Made by a program: the position numbers and the translations under genes. This document shows positions 36,454-45,475 of a stretch of DNA of 64,000 nt, piece after piece. A model generated the notes under the pieces. It made no database searches. It saw nothing but the letters and a program-made list of their open reading frames with translations, and was not told the origin of the DNA. Every line of letters starts with the position of its first letter. The first letter of the stretch is position 1. The DNA is taken from the NCBI GenBank assembly GCA_963422385.1, contig OY729432.1, forward strand, positions 1,989,136 through 2,053,135, written 5' to 3'. The DNA is from Candidatus Binatia bacterium (lineage in GTDB: Bacteria > Desulfobacterota > Binatia > UBA9968 > JAJDTQ01).

Positions 36454-37599
36454 ATGATGAAGTTTTCCTTTTTCATGATGCCGATACACGATCCGTCGGA
36501 GAATCCGGCCTTGGCGTACGACCGGGACATCTCGCTGATCCACTACGCGGAAGAGATGGACTTCGACGAGTTCTTCATCGGCGAGCACCATTCGGGCGGT
36601 TGGGAAAACATGCCGGCCCCCGAGCTGGCGCTGGCCAAGGCCGCGGCTCACGCCAAGCGCATACGCCTGGGCACCTCGGTTATCAACACGCCGTTCCACC
36701 ACCCGTTCCACGTGGCCGAGCGCATGGCGTTCCTTGACCACCTTACGCGCGGTCGCGCGATCCTGGGCGTGGGCCCAAGTGCGCTGGTCACCGACAAGAA
36801 GCTGTTCGGCCTCAACAACGAGATGCTCCATCCCATGCTGACCGAATCGGTGGAAGTCATCGTGCGGCTGCTGGAGTCTCCCGAACCTGTCGATCATCAC
36901 GGCCGGTTCTGGAACTTCGAGGGCATGCGGCTTCAGCTTCGCTCGTATCAGCAGCCGCGTATGCCCTTGGCCATCGCCTCCTCGGGAAGCGCATCGAGTC
37001 TGGAGCTGGCGGGCCGGCACGAGATGATGCTGCTCTCACCCGCGGGCAAGAACCGCTGGCGCAACCCCGCCCATGCCGAGCAGTGGAAGTCCGTCGAAGC
37101 CGCCGCGGCCGAGGCCGGCAAGACCGCCAGCCGGGACAACTGGCGTATCGCCACGAGCGTCTATCTGGCGGAGACGCGGGAGCAGGCCTGGGCCGACGTG
37201 GAGGCGGGCATTGCCCGGGATATGCAGTACTTCTTCGCCATCGGCCTCAAGACGCCCTACGAGTCCTATCCCAACCAGCCGGCGTCGGAGATCACGCCCC
37301 GCTCGGCCGCGGACCGGCGGGACTGGATCATCGGTACTCCGGACGACGCCATCCGCCACATCGAGCGGCTGCAGCAGGAGACCGGCGGCTTTGGCGGCCT
37401 GATGCTCACCACCCACGAGTGGACCCGCAGCCACAAGCTTCGCCATTCCCTGGAGCTCTTCGCCCGCTACGTCATGCCGCATTTCCGCGGCCACACCTGG
37501 AGTTTCAGGGACGAGTGGGACCGCCTGCGCCAAGCCGCGGCCGGGAGCGGCGTGAAGCTGCCGGACAACGGCCGTCCCAGCAACCTCGCCAACAGCTAG
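36454..37599 (+). CDS. LLM-class flavin-dependent oxidoreductase
   Basis: FIGEHHSGG, IRLGTSV, HPFHVAERMAFLDHLTRGR, IIGTPDD, LELFARYVMPHF. Confidence 0.93.
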   Translation: MMKFSFFMMPIHDPSENPALAYDRDISLIHYAEEMDFDEFFIGEHHSGGWENMPAPELALAKAAAHAKRIRLGTSVINTPFHHPFHVAERMAFLDHLTRGRAILGVGPSALVTDKKLFGLNNEMLHPMLTESVEVIVRLLESPEPVDHHGRFWNFEGMRLQLRSYQQPRMPLAIASSGSASSLELAGRHEMMLLSPAGKNRWRNPAHAEQWKSVEAAAAEAGKTASRDNWRIATSVYLAETREQAWADVEAGIARDMQYFFAIGLKTPYESYPNQPASEITPRSAADRRDWIIGTPDDAIRHIERLQQETGGFGGLMLTTHEWTRSHKLRHSLELFARYVMPHFRGHTWSFRDEWDRLRQAAAGSGVKLPDNGRPSNLANS

Positions 37600-37627
37600 T
37601 GCGGTGTCCTGTATAACGGTGGATAAT
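37596..37627. repeat. Single end of CTAG-anchored mini-element
   Basis: CTAGTGCGGTGTCCTGTATAACGGTGGATAA versus CTAGTGTGGTGTCCTGTACAAGCCGTGGACAA at 5587. Confidence 0.55.
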
Positions 37628-37655
37628 CTGCCGGTCCCCGCTCCTACCCCCTCCC

Positions 37656-37681
37656 GGATTCGCGCTTTCGCAGGAATGACG
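37656..37681. repeat. CGTC-type REP-like palindrome (reverse orientation)
   Basis: GGATTCGCGCTTTCGCAGGAATGACG. Confidence 0.6.
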
Positions 37682-37741
37682 TTTTGGGGTGGCGGCTATT
37701 TCGTATCAACAACGGAGCGACGGATGGGCGCGGGCGTAGGT

Positions 37742-38461
37742 TTACGCCTCCGCTGGCCGTTCGGCGCGCCAAGCGTGGAGATACTGCACGATCTCGTCCA
37801 GCGGCAGCACGTCGGCGTACTTCTGGTTCATGTCGAACAGATTGATGGCGTGGCACGCCTCGTGACGGTCGAAGACGCATTCCTCGGCCACCACCATGCG
37901 GAACCGGTAGGTGCAGCCGTCCACCACGCTGGCGCGTACGCAACCGCTGGTGCTCTCGCCGCAGGCGATGACGGTATCGATGCCGTACTGGTTCAGGTGC
38001 GCCACCAGGGGGGTGCCCCAGAAAGCGCTGGGTGAGAGCTTGCGCAGTACCGCCTCTCCGGGGAGCGGCTGCACCTCTTCGATGATGTCGAACTTGTTGC
38101 GCCGCCGTTCCAGGGCTTCGGCCGACAGGTTGGTTGACGAGTTGTCGCGCCGGAAGGACCATTCGTCAACGCCGGCTCCGGGAAGCCCGGAGATGTGAAT
38201 GACGGGGATCCCCACCTCGCGCGCCGTACGCAACAATTTCTGGATGTGAGGGACGGCGTTCCAGCCGGCCATGCCGCAGCTTCCCGGCCATTCCTTGATG
38301 GCCTCCAGCACGGGCTCCGGCTTGTCGCCGAAGACCCACCGGTAAAGGTCGATCAGGAGCAGGGCGGGCTTCTTGCCGAACCCGATGGGCCTGGGCGCCT
38401 TCATCGCAACGTGCGCCTTGTCCTGTTCCGTCAGAAAACGATCCCATACGCGTTCGCTCAT
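37742..38461 (-). CDS. Isochorismatase-family cysteine hydrolase (N-carbamoylsarcosine/maleamate amidase-like)
   Basis: PALLLID, K..PSAFWGT, GESTSGCVRASVVD. Confidence 0.92.
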   Translation of the reverse strand: MSERVWDRFLTEQDKAHVAMKAPRPIGFGKKPALLLIDLYRWVFGDKPEPVLEAIKEWPGSCGMAGWNAVPHIQKLLRTAREVGIPVIHISGLPGAGVDEWSFRRDNSSTNLSAEALERRRNKFDIIEEVQPLPGEAVLRKLSPSAFWGTPLVAHLNQYGIDTVIACGESTSGCVRASVVDGCTYRFRMVVAEECVFDRHEACHAINLFDMNQKYADVLPLDEIVQYLHAWRAERPAEA

Positions 38462-38760
38462 GATCGGTCTCCTTGTTCCGTTCGCTTGGTGTGCGGCCAG
38501 CCGTCCGGGAACGGTTACGTGGATTGTTGACGAACTCTCTTTATGGATGCTCCCGGCGCCGCGGTCAAATGCCTGTCTCCTCCGCCCACCATGCTACGGC
38601 CTGCACAGTCCGTCCCGGCCGTGAGACTCATTCAGGTGGGCCATGGACCGACAGTTCCGAGGCGAAGCGGACCGTTTGCCGGAGGGTGGTCTTGTGAGTC
38701 TTGAGGGACGCGGCTATCCTCGGACTGGCGTCACCCCGTTCCGACACTCTTTCCTGGATC

Positions 38761-39963
38761 ATGTATAGAACCTTCTGGCCGGTATTTCTGGCCGTGCAGC
38801 TTCTGACCGCGGGGGCGTCCGCCGCCGAGCTTCCGTTGCAGTCGCTGGCACGGGCGCGGGTGGGTGACGACCACGGGGTTTTTGTACAGTCAGAGAACGG
38901 CGCGGTGCTGGCCGCGTTGAACGCGACGCGCCCGTACCATCCCGCCTCGGTCACGAAGGTGGCCACGACGCTGGCCTTCCTCTCCAGGCTTCGTCCCGAT
39001 CGCCGTTTCCGCACGAAGATACTGGCTGCGGGTCCCGTAACCGACGGCACGCTTCAGGGAGACCTGGTCGTGCAGGCGGAGGGTGATCCGTACTTCCTGA
39101 TCGAGAACGCGTTCCTGGTCCTTTCGAGGCTCCGTGCCAAGGGGGTCCGCCGGGTCAACGGGCTGATCCGGGTCGAAGGACCGTTCTTCCTCGACTGGAC
39201 CCCCGACCTTGAAGGGCGCAGGCTCAAGCGCGCCTGGACGGGTCGCCTGGGCGCCCAACGCTGGCCGGTGGTGACGGGCGCTCTTTTTCCCGGCAAACAC
39301 GCGCCGTTGGAAGATTTCAAGCTCCGGTTCGGGCGCGGCGACGCCCGCGAGCCCCGCCCACGGCGTGTGCTCGTGGTGCACGCGTCACCGCCCTTGCTCC
39401 GCCACCTCAAGGATTTCAACAGTCACTCCAACGACAACTTCCACGAATTCTCGTACCGGATCGGCGGTCCGGAAACGGTCCAGCGCATTCTTCGGGCAAA
39501 CGTCTCCGGTGTGCCCCGGTCGTCCATGGTCATCGACAACGCCGCGGGTGACGGCAGGACGAACCAACTGAGCCCACGGGCCGCGGTGGCAATGTTCGAA
39601 GCCCTGGAAAGGACCCTCAAGACACGCGGTCTGTCATTTTCGGATGTCCTCCCCGTGGCCGGAGTGGACCGCGGCACGTTGGAGGACCGCCTGGCCGAGT
39701 CGCGCTATCGTGGAGCGGTGGCTGGCAAGTCAGGCACCGTGCGCGTGCTTCGGATATCGGCCCTGGCCGGGGTCGCGCATACCCGGAGGTTCGGTCGAAC
39801 GTTCTTCGCGGTGATGATCCGGGGCGTGCCGTTATGGGCCGCCAGGGAGCGCCAGGACGCCTTCTTGCGCGGGCTGCTCGACGTGGGCGGCCCGCGACCC
39901 CTGCGCGCCCGCGGTGCGGCGCCTCCCGCATTCCTGGAGGCGCGCCTGGAAACGCCGCGGTAG
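38761..39963 (+). CDS. dacB: D-Ala-D-Ala carboxypeptidase/endopeptidase (peptidase S13)
   Basis: PASVTK (SxxK), GDP, SNDN, LPVAGVDRGTL, GKSGT. Confidence 0.85.
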   Translation: MYRTFWPVFLAVQLLTAGASAAELPLQSLARARVGDDHGVFVQSENGAVLAALNATRPYHPASVTKVATTLAFLSRLRPDRRFRTKILAAGPVTDGTLQGDLVVQAEGDPYFLIENAFLVLSRLRAKGVRRVNGLIRVEGPFFLDWTPDLEGRRLKRAWTGRLGAQRWPVVTGALFPGKHAPLEDFKLRFGRGDAREPRPRRVLVVHASPPLLRHLKDFNSHSNDNFHEFSYRIGGPETVQRILRANVSGVPRSSMVIDNAAGDGRTNQLSPRAAVAMFEALERTLKTRGLSFSDVLPVAGVDRGTLEDRLAESRYRGAVAGKSGTVRVLRISALAGVAHTRRFGRTFFAVMIRGVPLWAARERQDAFLRGLLDVGGPRPLRARGAAPPAFLEARLETPR

Positions 39964-40162
39964 CGTTCCTGAAGGGTGTGCTGTCTTGATCCGACTTCCG
40001 GGAGGAATGGTGCGGACCCGCTACAGCAAACCAGCAATGCCGGTACCCCGTTCCGTGGACCTGTCGCGCCTTTCCTTGCGTCGTCCGGGAGCGCCGGTGT
40101 AGTGTCCTGAATGCGTAAAGACGCATCACTCGTGACGGCTCACCAAGGAGGAGACAGCGCTC

Positions 40163-41011
40163 ATGGCTGACAGACCGTTGGAAGGAAAAGTGGCGTTGGT
40201 GACCGGGGCCGGAAGCCCCATCGGCTTCGGCCGCCGCATGACGTTTGCCCTGACGGCCGCCGGGGCGCGCGTGGCCATGGTGGACATCAAGGAGGAGTGG
40301 CTCAACCAGACCGCCGGGGAGGTGCGAGCCGCGAACGGCAAGGACAGCGTGCTTCCCGTCGTGGCCAGTGTGGCCGATCCGGAGGACGCGGCGCGGGCGG
40401 TGGAGTCCGCGATTTCCAACCTGGGCGGGTTGGACGTTCTGGTCAACAACGCCGGCACCAACCCTCGCAATGTCGGCCTGACTTCCGAATTCCGCATGAA
40501 GTGCTGGGAGGTCTCGCCCGAGGCCTGGCAGCGGGTCGTGGCGGTGAACTGCAGCGGACCTTTCTACACCGTGCGCGCCGCGGTGGGGCACATGATCGAC
40601 AAGGGTTGGGGTCGCATCATCGGCGTCACCACCAGCCTGGACACCATGTACCGGGCGCACGGCTCGCCCTACGGGCCGTCCAAGGCGGGCCACGAAGCCT
40701 TCATGGCCACCCTCTGCCAGGAGCTGGAAGGCACCGGAGTGACCGCCAACGTCTTGGTGCCCGGGGGGCCGGCCAACACCAACCTGCTACCACCGGACAT
40801 CGACTGGGACCGGAATCAACTCATTCAACCGCCGGTCATGGAGAAGCCGGTGGTGTGGCTTGCTTCGGAGGCGTCCAACGGCATCAACGGCCGACGTTTC
40901 ATCGCTTGTCACTGGGACGAGACGCTGCCGCTGGAAGATCGGTTGTCCAAGGCTGGCGCACCCGCGGCGTGGCCGCAGGCAGGCCAGCCCGCCATCGCCC
41001 CCGGCCGGTAG
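40163..41011 (+). CDS. SDR family oxidoreductase
   Basis: TGAGSPIGFG, NNAG, YGPSK. Confidence 0.92.
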   Translation: MADRPLEGKVALVTGAGSPIGFGRRMTFALTAAGARVAMVDIKEEWLNQTAGEVRAANGKDSVLPVVASVADPEDAARAVESAISNLGGLDVLVNNAGTNPRNVGLTSEFRMKCWEVSPEAWQRVVAVNCSGPFYTVRAAVGHMIDKGWGRIIGVTTSLDTMYRAHGSPYGPSKAGHEAFMATLCQELEGTGVTANVLVPGGPANTNLLPPDIDWDRNQLIQPPVMEKPVVWLASEASNGINGRRFIACHWDETLPLEDRLSKAGAPAAWPQAGQPAIAPGR

Positions 41012-41083
41012 GTCCAGAGGCTCGTTTGTTCTTCCCGGAAGGATCCGGCGTCATCGCATTGGCCATCGAGCTTCCGGAGAACG

Positions 41084-42604
41084 TCAGCCGCCTTTGGATG
41101 CGCCCCTTCCTCCGAACCGCGCGAAACCCGCCCGGATGGAAGGAAGGAAGATCAGGACGACGGCGAAGATCAGCAACGTCGCGGTCATCGGCCGTTCCCA
41201 CATGAAGCCGATGCCGTCGGTCAGATTCATGGCGCGGGCGAAGTTGTCCTCCAGCAGCGGGCCGAGAATGAACCCGATCAGCATCGGCGCCAGCGGGAAA
41301 CCGGCCATGCGCATGATCGTCGCCGCGACCCCCATGCCGGTGAGCATCAGCAGCTCGGTGGCATTGTTCTGGCCGATGTAGCTGCCCATCATGGTGAAGA
41401 ACAGGATGAACGGGATGAGGTAGTTGCGGGGGATCTCCAGAAGCTTGGCGATATACGGGATCAGCGGCAGGTTGAGGACCAGCAGCACGACGTTGCCGAC
41501 GTACATGGAGATGATCACGGCCCAGAAGATGGAGGGATTGTCGACCATCAGGCGTGGGCCGGGCGCTACGTTCAGGGCGATCAACGCCCCCAACAGGATC
41601 GCCGTGGTGCCGGATCCGGGAATACCCAGTGTCAGCAGCGGAACGAAGGAGCCGGTGCAGGCCGCGTTGTTGGCGGTCTCGGGCGCGGCCAAGCCCTTGA
41701 TCGACCCCTTGCCGAACCTGGCCTGATCCGCTCCTTTGGCGATGTTGCGTTCGACGGCGTAGCCAAGGAACGATGCGATGGTCGCTCCCGCGCCCGGCAT
41801 CACCCCGATGAAGAAACCCTGGAGCGATTGGCGACCGATCACGGGAGCGATCTCTTTCGCTTCGCTACGCGTGATCCGCAGGTTCGAGATCCTGCCGCCA
41901 TCATCGCCGTCTCGTTCCGAACGCTTTGGATTGAGGACCAGATACAGAGCCTCCGGCAAGGCGAAAAGGGCCATTGCGAGGGTAATGAAGCTTATCCCGC
42001 TTTGCAGGTCCTGAATGCGGAACGTAAAGCGTGGGGCGTTGAACAACGCGCTTTCGCCGACGGTCGCCAGCATCACGCCGAGGACGGTCATCATGAGCGC
42101 CTTGGCAACCACACCCTCGCCGGCAAAGGCGGCAATGGCCGCCAGACCCACGACCATCAGCGCGAAATATTCAGCGGAGTGGAACAACAGGGCGACGGTG
42201 GCCAGCCCGGGCGCGAACCCCATCAGCAGGATGGCGCCGATGGTGCCCCCGGAGAAGGAGGCAATGGCGGCAATGGTCAGCGCCTTCCCGGCCTGTCCCT
42301 GGCGCGCCAGGGGATAGCCGTCGAACGCCGTGGCGACCGTGCCGGCGACACCCGGCGCATTGATGAGGATGGACGAGGTCGAGCCGCCGAATATGGCGCC
42401 GTAGTATACCCCCGCCAGCAGAATCAGCGCGGCCGCCGGATCACCGATCCGTATGGCCACCGGGATCATGATGGCGATGATCGACATGGGACCCAGGCCC
42501 GGCAACATGCCGATGAAGGTGCCGATCAGGCAACCGGCAATGACCATGAAGAGGTTCTGAATACTGAAGGCGGTCGACAGACCGGTGAGGATTCCTTCAA
42601 CCAT
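41084..42604 (-). CDS. tctA: Tripartite tricarboxylate transporter large permease
   Basis: GMLPGLG, GGSTSSILINAPG, DGYPLARQG, APETANNA, LTLGIPGS. Confidence 0.94.
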   Translation of the reverse strand: MVEGILTGLSTAFSIQNLFMVIAGCLIGTFIGMLPGLGPMSIIAIMIPVAIRIGDPAAALILLAGVYYGAIFGGSTSSILINAPGVAGTVATAFDGYPLARQGQAGKALTIAAIASFSGGTIGAILLMGFAPGLATVALLFHSAEYFALMVVGLAAIAAFAGEGVVAKALMMTVLGVMLATVGESALFNAPRFTFRIQDLQSGISFITLAMALFALPEALYLVLNPKRSERDGDDGGRISNLRITRSEAKEIAPVIGRQSLQGFFIGVMPGAGATIASFLGYAVERNIAKGADQARFGKGSIKGLAAPETANNAACTGSFVPLLTLGIPGSGTTAILLGALIALNVAPGPRLMVDNPSIFWAVIISMYVGNVVLLVLNLPLIPYIAKLLEIPRNYLIPFILFFTMMGSYIGQNNATELLMLTGMGVAATIMRMAGFPLAPMLIGFILGPLLEDNFARAMNLTDGIGFMWERPMTATLLIFAVVLIFLPSIRAGFARFGGRGASKGG

Positions 42605-42615
42605 CAGGTGATGCT

Positions 42616-43119
42616 CTAAAGGAACCAGGGCCAAGGGCGGAGAAAAATACCGAGCACTTCCTGCACCAGATACCAGATCAGGAACGCCGAGAGCACGGCG
42701 ACCGGGACCAGGACGACGTAGCGTCGCTCGCCGAGAATCACGGCGCCCAGGACCAGGAAAAGCGTCGTTGTGGTTACGAATCCTGCGGGTCGAAGCAGAA
42801 GCGCGTAGGCGATCATGAGGACCAGCAGCAGGATCGCCTGACCGAGCTTGTACTGTCGGAGATTGCCGACTTCGATGCCGGCGGGGTCAGTGTCCCCGCC
42901 GGCCCCGGGACCGCCCTGAATGAGTACGGCGACACCCGCTGCCACGCCCAGTACGCTCAACCATTTGGGAAGGACGTTGGGCAGGAAGGTCATGTTGCGC
43001 TCGAACGGAAGGAGACCGGCCTCCATGACCACGAAAGCCGTATAGCCGTAGACCAGACAGACGACCACGAATATCAAGGCGATGGCGCGTTCGAGGGTCA
43101 CGAATCCACTCCTGCTCAT
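42616..43119 (-). CDS. tctB: Tripartite tricarboxylate transporter small permease
   Basis: Four TM segments; lies between tctC and tctA. Confidence 0.87.
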   Translation of the reverse strand: MSRSGFVTLERAIALIFVVVCLVYGYTAFVVMEAGLLPFERNMTFLPNVLPKWLSVLGVAAGVAVLIQGGPGAGGDTDPAGIEVGNLRQYKLGQAILLLVLMIAYALLLRPAGFVTTTTLFLVLGAVILGERRYVVLVPVAVLSAFLIWYLVQEVLGIFLRPWPWFL

Positions 43120-43182
43120 CGCGCACGCGGATGGGAGAGAATCCGGGGCGCCCACGCCGGACGCCCCGGATGATGTCGGTGG

Positions 43183-44172
43183 TTACTTCAGGAAGCCAAG
43201 CTTCTGCATCAGCGCCTTGATTACCTTTTCCTGGTTCTCCAGGAACGCCGTGAAGTCCTTCCCGGAATTGTGGATGTCGACCCACCCGTTGCGGTCGCGC
43301 ACAGCCTTCCACTCGGGCGTGGCATACATGGCGGCGAGGGCCTTGCGATACAGAGTGGCCTTGTGGTCCGGCAGTCCGGGGGCGGCAAAAAAGCCCCGCC
43401 AGTTGACGAACGTCGCGTCGTATCCCAGCTCCTTCAGGGTCGGCGCATCCTTGAACGCCGGGACGCGTTCTTCCGAGGTCACCGCAAGAATGCGCATTTC
43501 CCCGGCCCTTGCCAAGGCTACCGCCTCCGAGAAACCGGTTGAGCCCGCAGAGACCTCGCCCGACAGGATGGCCGCGTTCAGCTTGCCGCCGGCGTCATAG
43601 GGAATGTACTTGACCTTGGTCGGATCGGCGCCTGCAGCCTGGAAGGCCAACGCGGCAACCAGATGGTCCATTCCACCCGGTACCGAACCGCCCCCGACCG
43701 ATACCTTGCGCGGATTCTTCTTGTAGGCCGCAACCACGTCCGAGAAGTTCTTGTAGGGGCTGTTCTTGCCCGTGATGATCGCCGCGTAGTCGCCGATGGT
43801 GCCGGCGACCATCGTCAGGTCGCGGAAGTTGTGGGGGAAACGTCCGACCAGGGAGCGAATGACGATGGGCGTCGAGTTGACCATCAACGTGCCGTGGTTG
43901 GACGCCGCGTTCTCGATAAGGTAGCCGATGGCCTTGCCGCCGCCGCCGCCGGACATGTTCTCGTACGATGCCGATCCGACGATGCCCGACTTGGTCAGCG
44001 CCTCTCCGGTTCCGCGGGCGGTGCCGTCCCAGCCGCCGCCGGCGCCGCCGGGAATGAGAAAATGAATTTTGTCGATCAGCTTTTCGGCTGCCGGAACGGA
44101 GCTCGATACACCCAGCGCCACCGTTACGATTGCGATTGCGCCGAAGAGCGTCAGTAAACGGGTTCGTCTCAT
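43183..44172 (-). CDS. tctC: Tripartite tricarboxylate transporter binding protein
   Basis: PGGAGGGWDGTAR, ENMSGGGG, PTLKELG, NWRGFFAAPG. Confidence 0.93.
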   Translation of the reverse strand: MRRTRLLTLFGAIAIVTVALGVSSSVPAAEKLIDKIHFLIPGGAGGGWDGTARGTGEALTKSGIVGSASYENMSGGGGGKAIGYLIENAASNHGTLMVNSTPIVIRSLVGRFPHNFRDLTMVAGTIGDYAAIITGKNSPYKNFSDVVAAYKKNPRKVSVGGGSVPGGMDHLVAALAFQAAGADPTKVKYIPYDAGGKLNAAILSGEVSAGSTGFSEAVALARAGEMRILAVTSEERVPAFKDAPTLKELGYDATFVNWRGFFAAPGLPDHKATLYRKALAAMYATPEWKAVRDRNGWVDIHNSGKDFTAFLENQEKVIKALMQKLGFLK

Positions 44173-44364
44173 CTGATTGTCCTCCTGACTGATAGATAGA
44201 TGTCGAGCTACAATCTGATAGCCGAACCGCGGGCGTTTGTCCAACCGGATTTCAGGAGGGTCGGTGTACCGTTCCGCCGGTCCCCGCCCAACGGAACTTG
44301 TTGTTGATGTTGCATGGCAAATGGGATAAGTAGGCCGAATCGACAAAATTCAGGAGGTGTTCGA

Positions 44365-45369
44365 ATGAATCGAAAAGCCCTGTTCTTGAGCCTGGCCTTG
44401 GCGGTGGTGGTGCTGCCGGGCGTGAATGCATTTGCACAGTCGTGGAACATCTCGGTAGTGGGGTCGCCGGCCGGCGGCACACTCCAGGTGAAGGCGGAGG
44501 GGGTCGGCGAGGCCCTGCGGCGGGCCATTCCCAACTCGAACGTGAGCGTTCCCACATCCAGTCCCGGCGCGGGCTTGGCGCTCATCGGCACCGGCAAGGC
44601 GGAAGTGGCCGTGGGCGCCTCGGCGCGCATGGCGGTCAGCGCTCAGCGGGGCCTGGCGCCGTTCAAGAAGAAGTACAAGTTCAATCTGCTGGCGTTCTGG
44701 GGCGCGGACCTCTTCATGTTCGTAGCCACCCCCAAGAGCGGCCTCGTTACATTCGGCGACTACGTGTCCCGCAAGGCCAAGGAGGGAATCTCGGTGGGTC
44801 CTCCGGGAAGCGGCTCCTACATGGTCTTTTCCGACGTGGCCAAGGTGCACGGCACCAACTTCAAGGAGATGGAAGCCTGGGGCGCGAAAATCCACTATCA
44901 GTACTCCGCTCCCTCCCTGGAGTTGCTCCAGGACGGCCAGATTGAGGGCCTGGGGGGTCTGTGGGGGCAGCCGAGCGCCCGGATCATCGATCTCACCAAC
45001 AACCGGAAGATGGTTTGGGTGGGCCTCGACAAGGCCGCCATCGACAAGCTCGGCGCGGAGTTCGGGTACGAGTACGTGAAGCTCGACAGCCCGGGGGACT
45101 TCGGATACGGCTACAAGTTCGTCAACAAGGAGCCCCTGCATACCGTGCGCATGGCCGACATCATCGCTATCCGGTCGGACCTGCCCGTGGACCAGGCATA
45201 CACCATCACCAAGGCCATCTTCAGCAGCAAGGACTACCTGATGAATGTGCACACGTCCTTCAAGGCGCTGACCGCAGAGAACACGGTGGGCTTGGACAAG
45301 GCGTCGGATGCGCTGGATCTCCACGAGGGCACCAGGAAGTATTTCCGTGAAGTGGGCGCCATGAAGTAG
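44365..45369 (+). CDS. TAXI-family TRAP transporter solute-binding protein
   Basis: GSPAGGT, SVGPPGSGS, AYTITKAIF, LHEGTRKYFREVG. Confidence 0.88.
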   Translation: MNRKALFLSLALAVVVLPGVNAFAQSWNISVVGSPAGGTLQVKAEGVGEALRRAIPNSNVSVPTSSPGAGLALIGTGKAEVAVGASARMAVSAQRGLAPFKKKYKFNLLAFWGADLFMFVATPKSGLVTFGDYVSRKAKEGISVGPPGSGSYMVFSDVAKVHGTNFKEMEAWGAKIHYQYSAPSLELLQDGQIEGLGGLWGQPSARIIDLTNNRKMVWVGLDKAAIDKLGAEFGYEYVKLDSPGDFGYGYKFVNKEPLHTVRMADIIAIRSDLPVDQAYTITKAIFSSKDYLMNVHTSFKALTAENTVGLDKASDALDLHEGTRKYFREVGAMK

Positions 45370-45384
45370 TGGCGCGTACGAGTC

Positions 45385-45423
45385 GGGCGCCGGTGCGGGA
45401 CGTTACGTCGCGCACCGGCGCCC
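45385..45423 (+). other. Intergenic stem-loop between binding protein and permease
   Basis: 13-bp stem GGGCGCCGGTGCG / CGCACCGGCGCCC; no U-tract, so probably an mRNA-stability element. Confidence 0.55.
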
Positions 45424-45475
45424 CGTTGCGCGGCACGCCTTCGCCGCGTGACCTGCCACAGTTGACCCACAACTC

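Noticed and set aside
37742-38461. Creatinine > sarcosine > sarcosine reductase pathway linking this amidase to the Grd pair
   Set aside because: Substrate specificity cannot be read from the motifs, and the GrdE-like subunit lacks the Cys used by sarcosine reductase.
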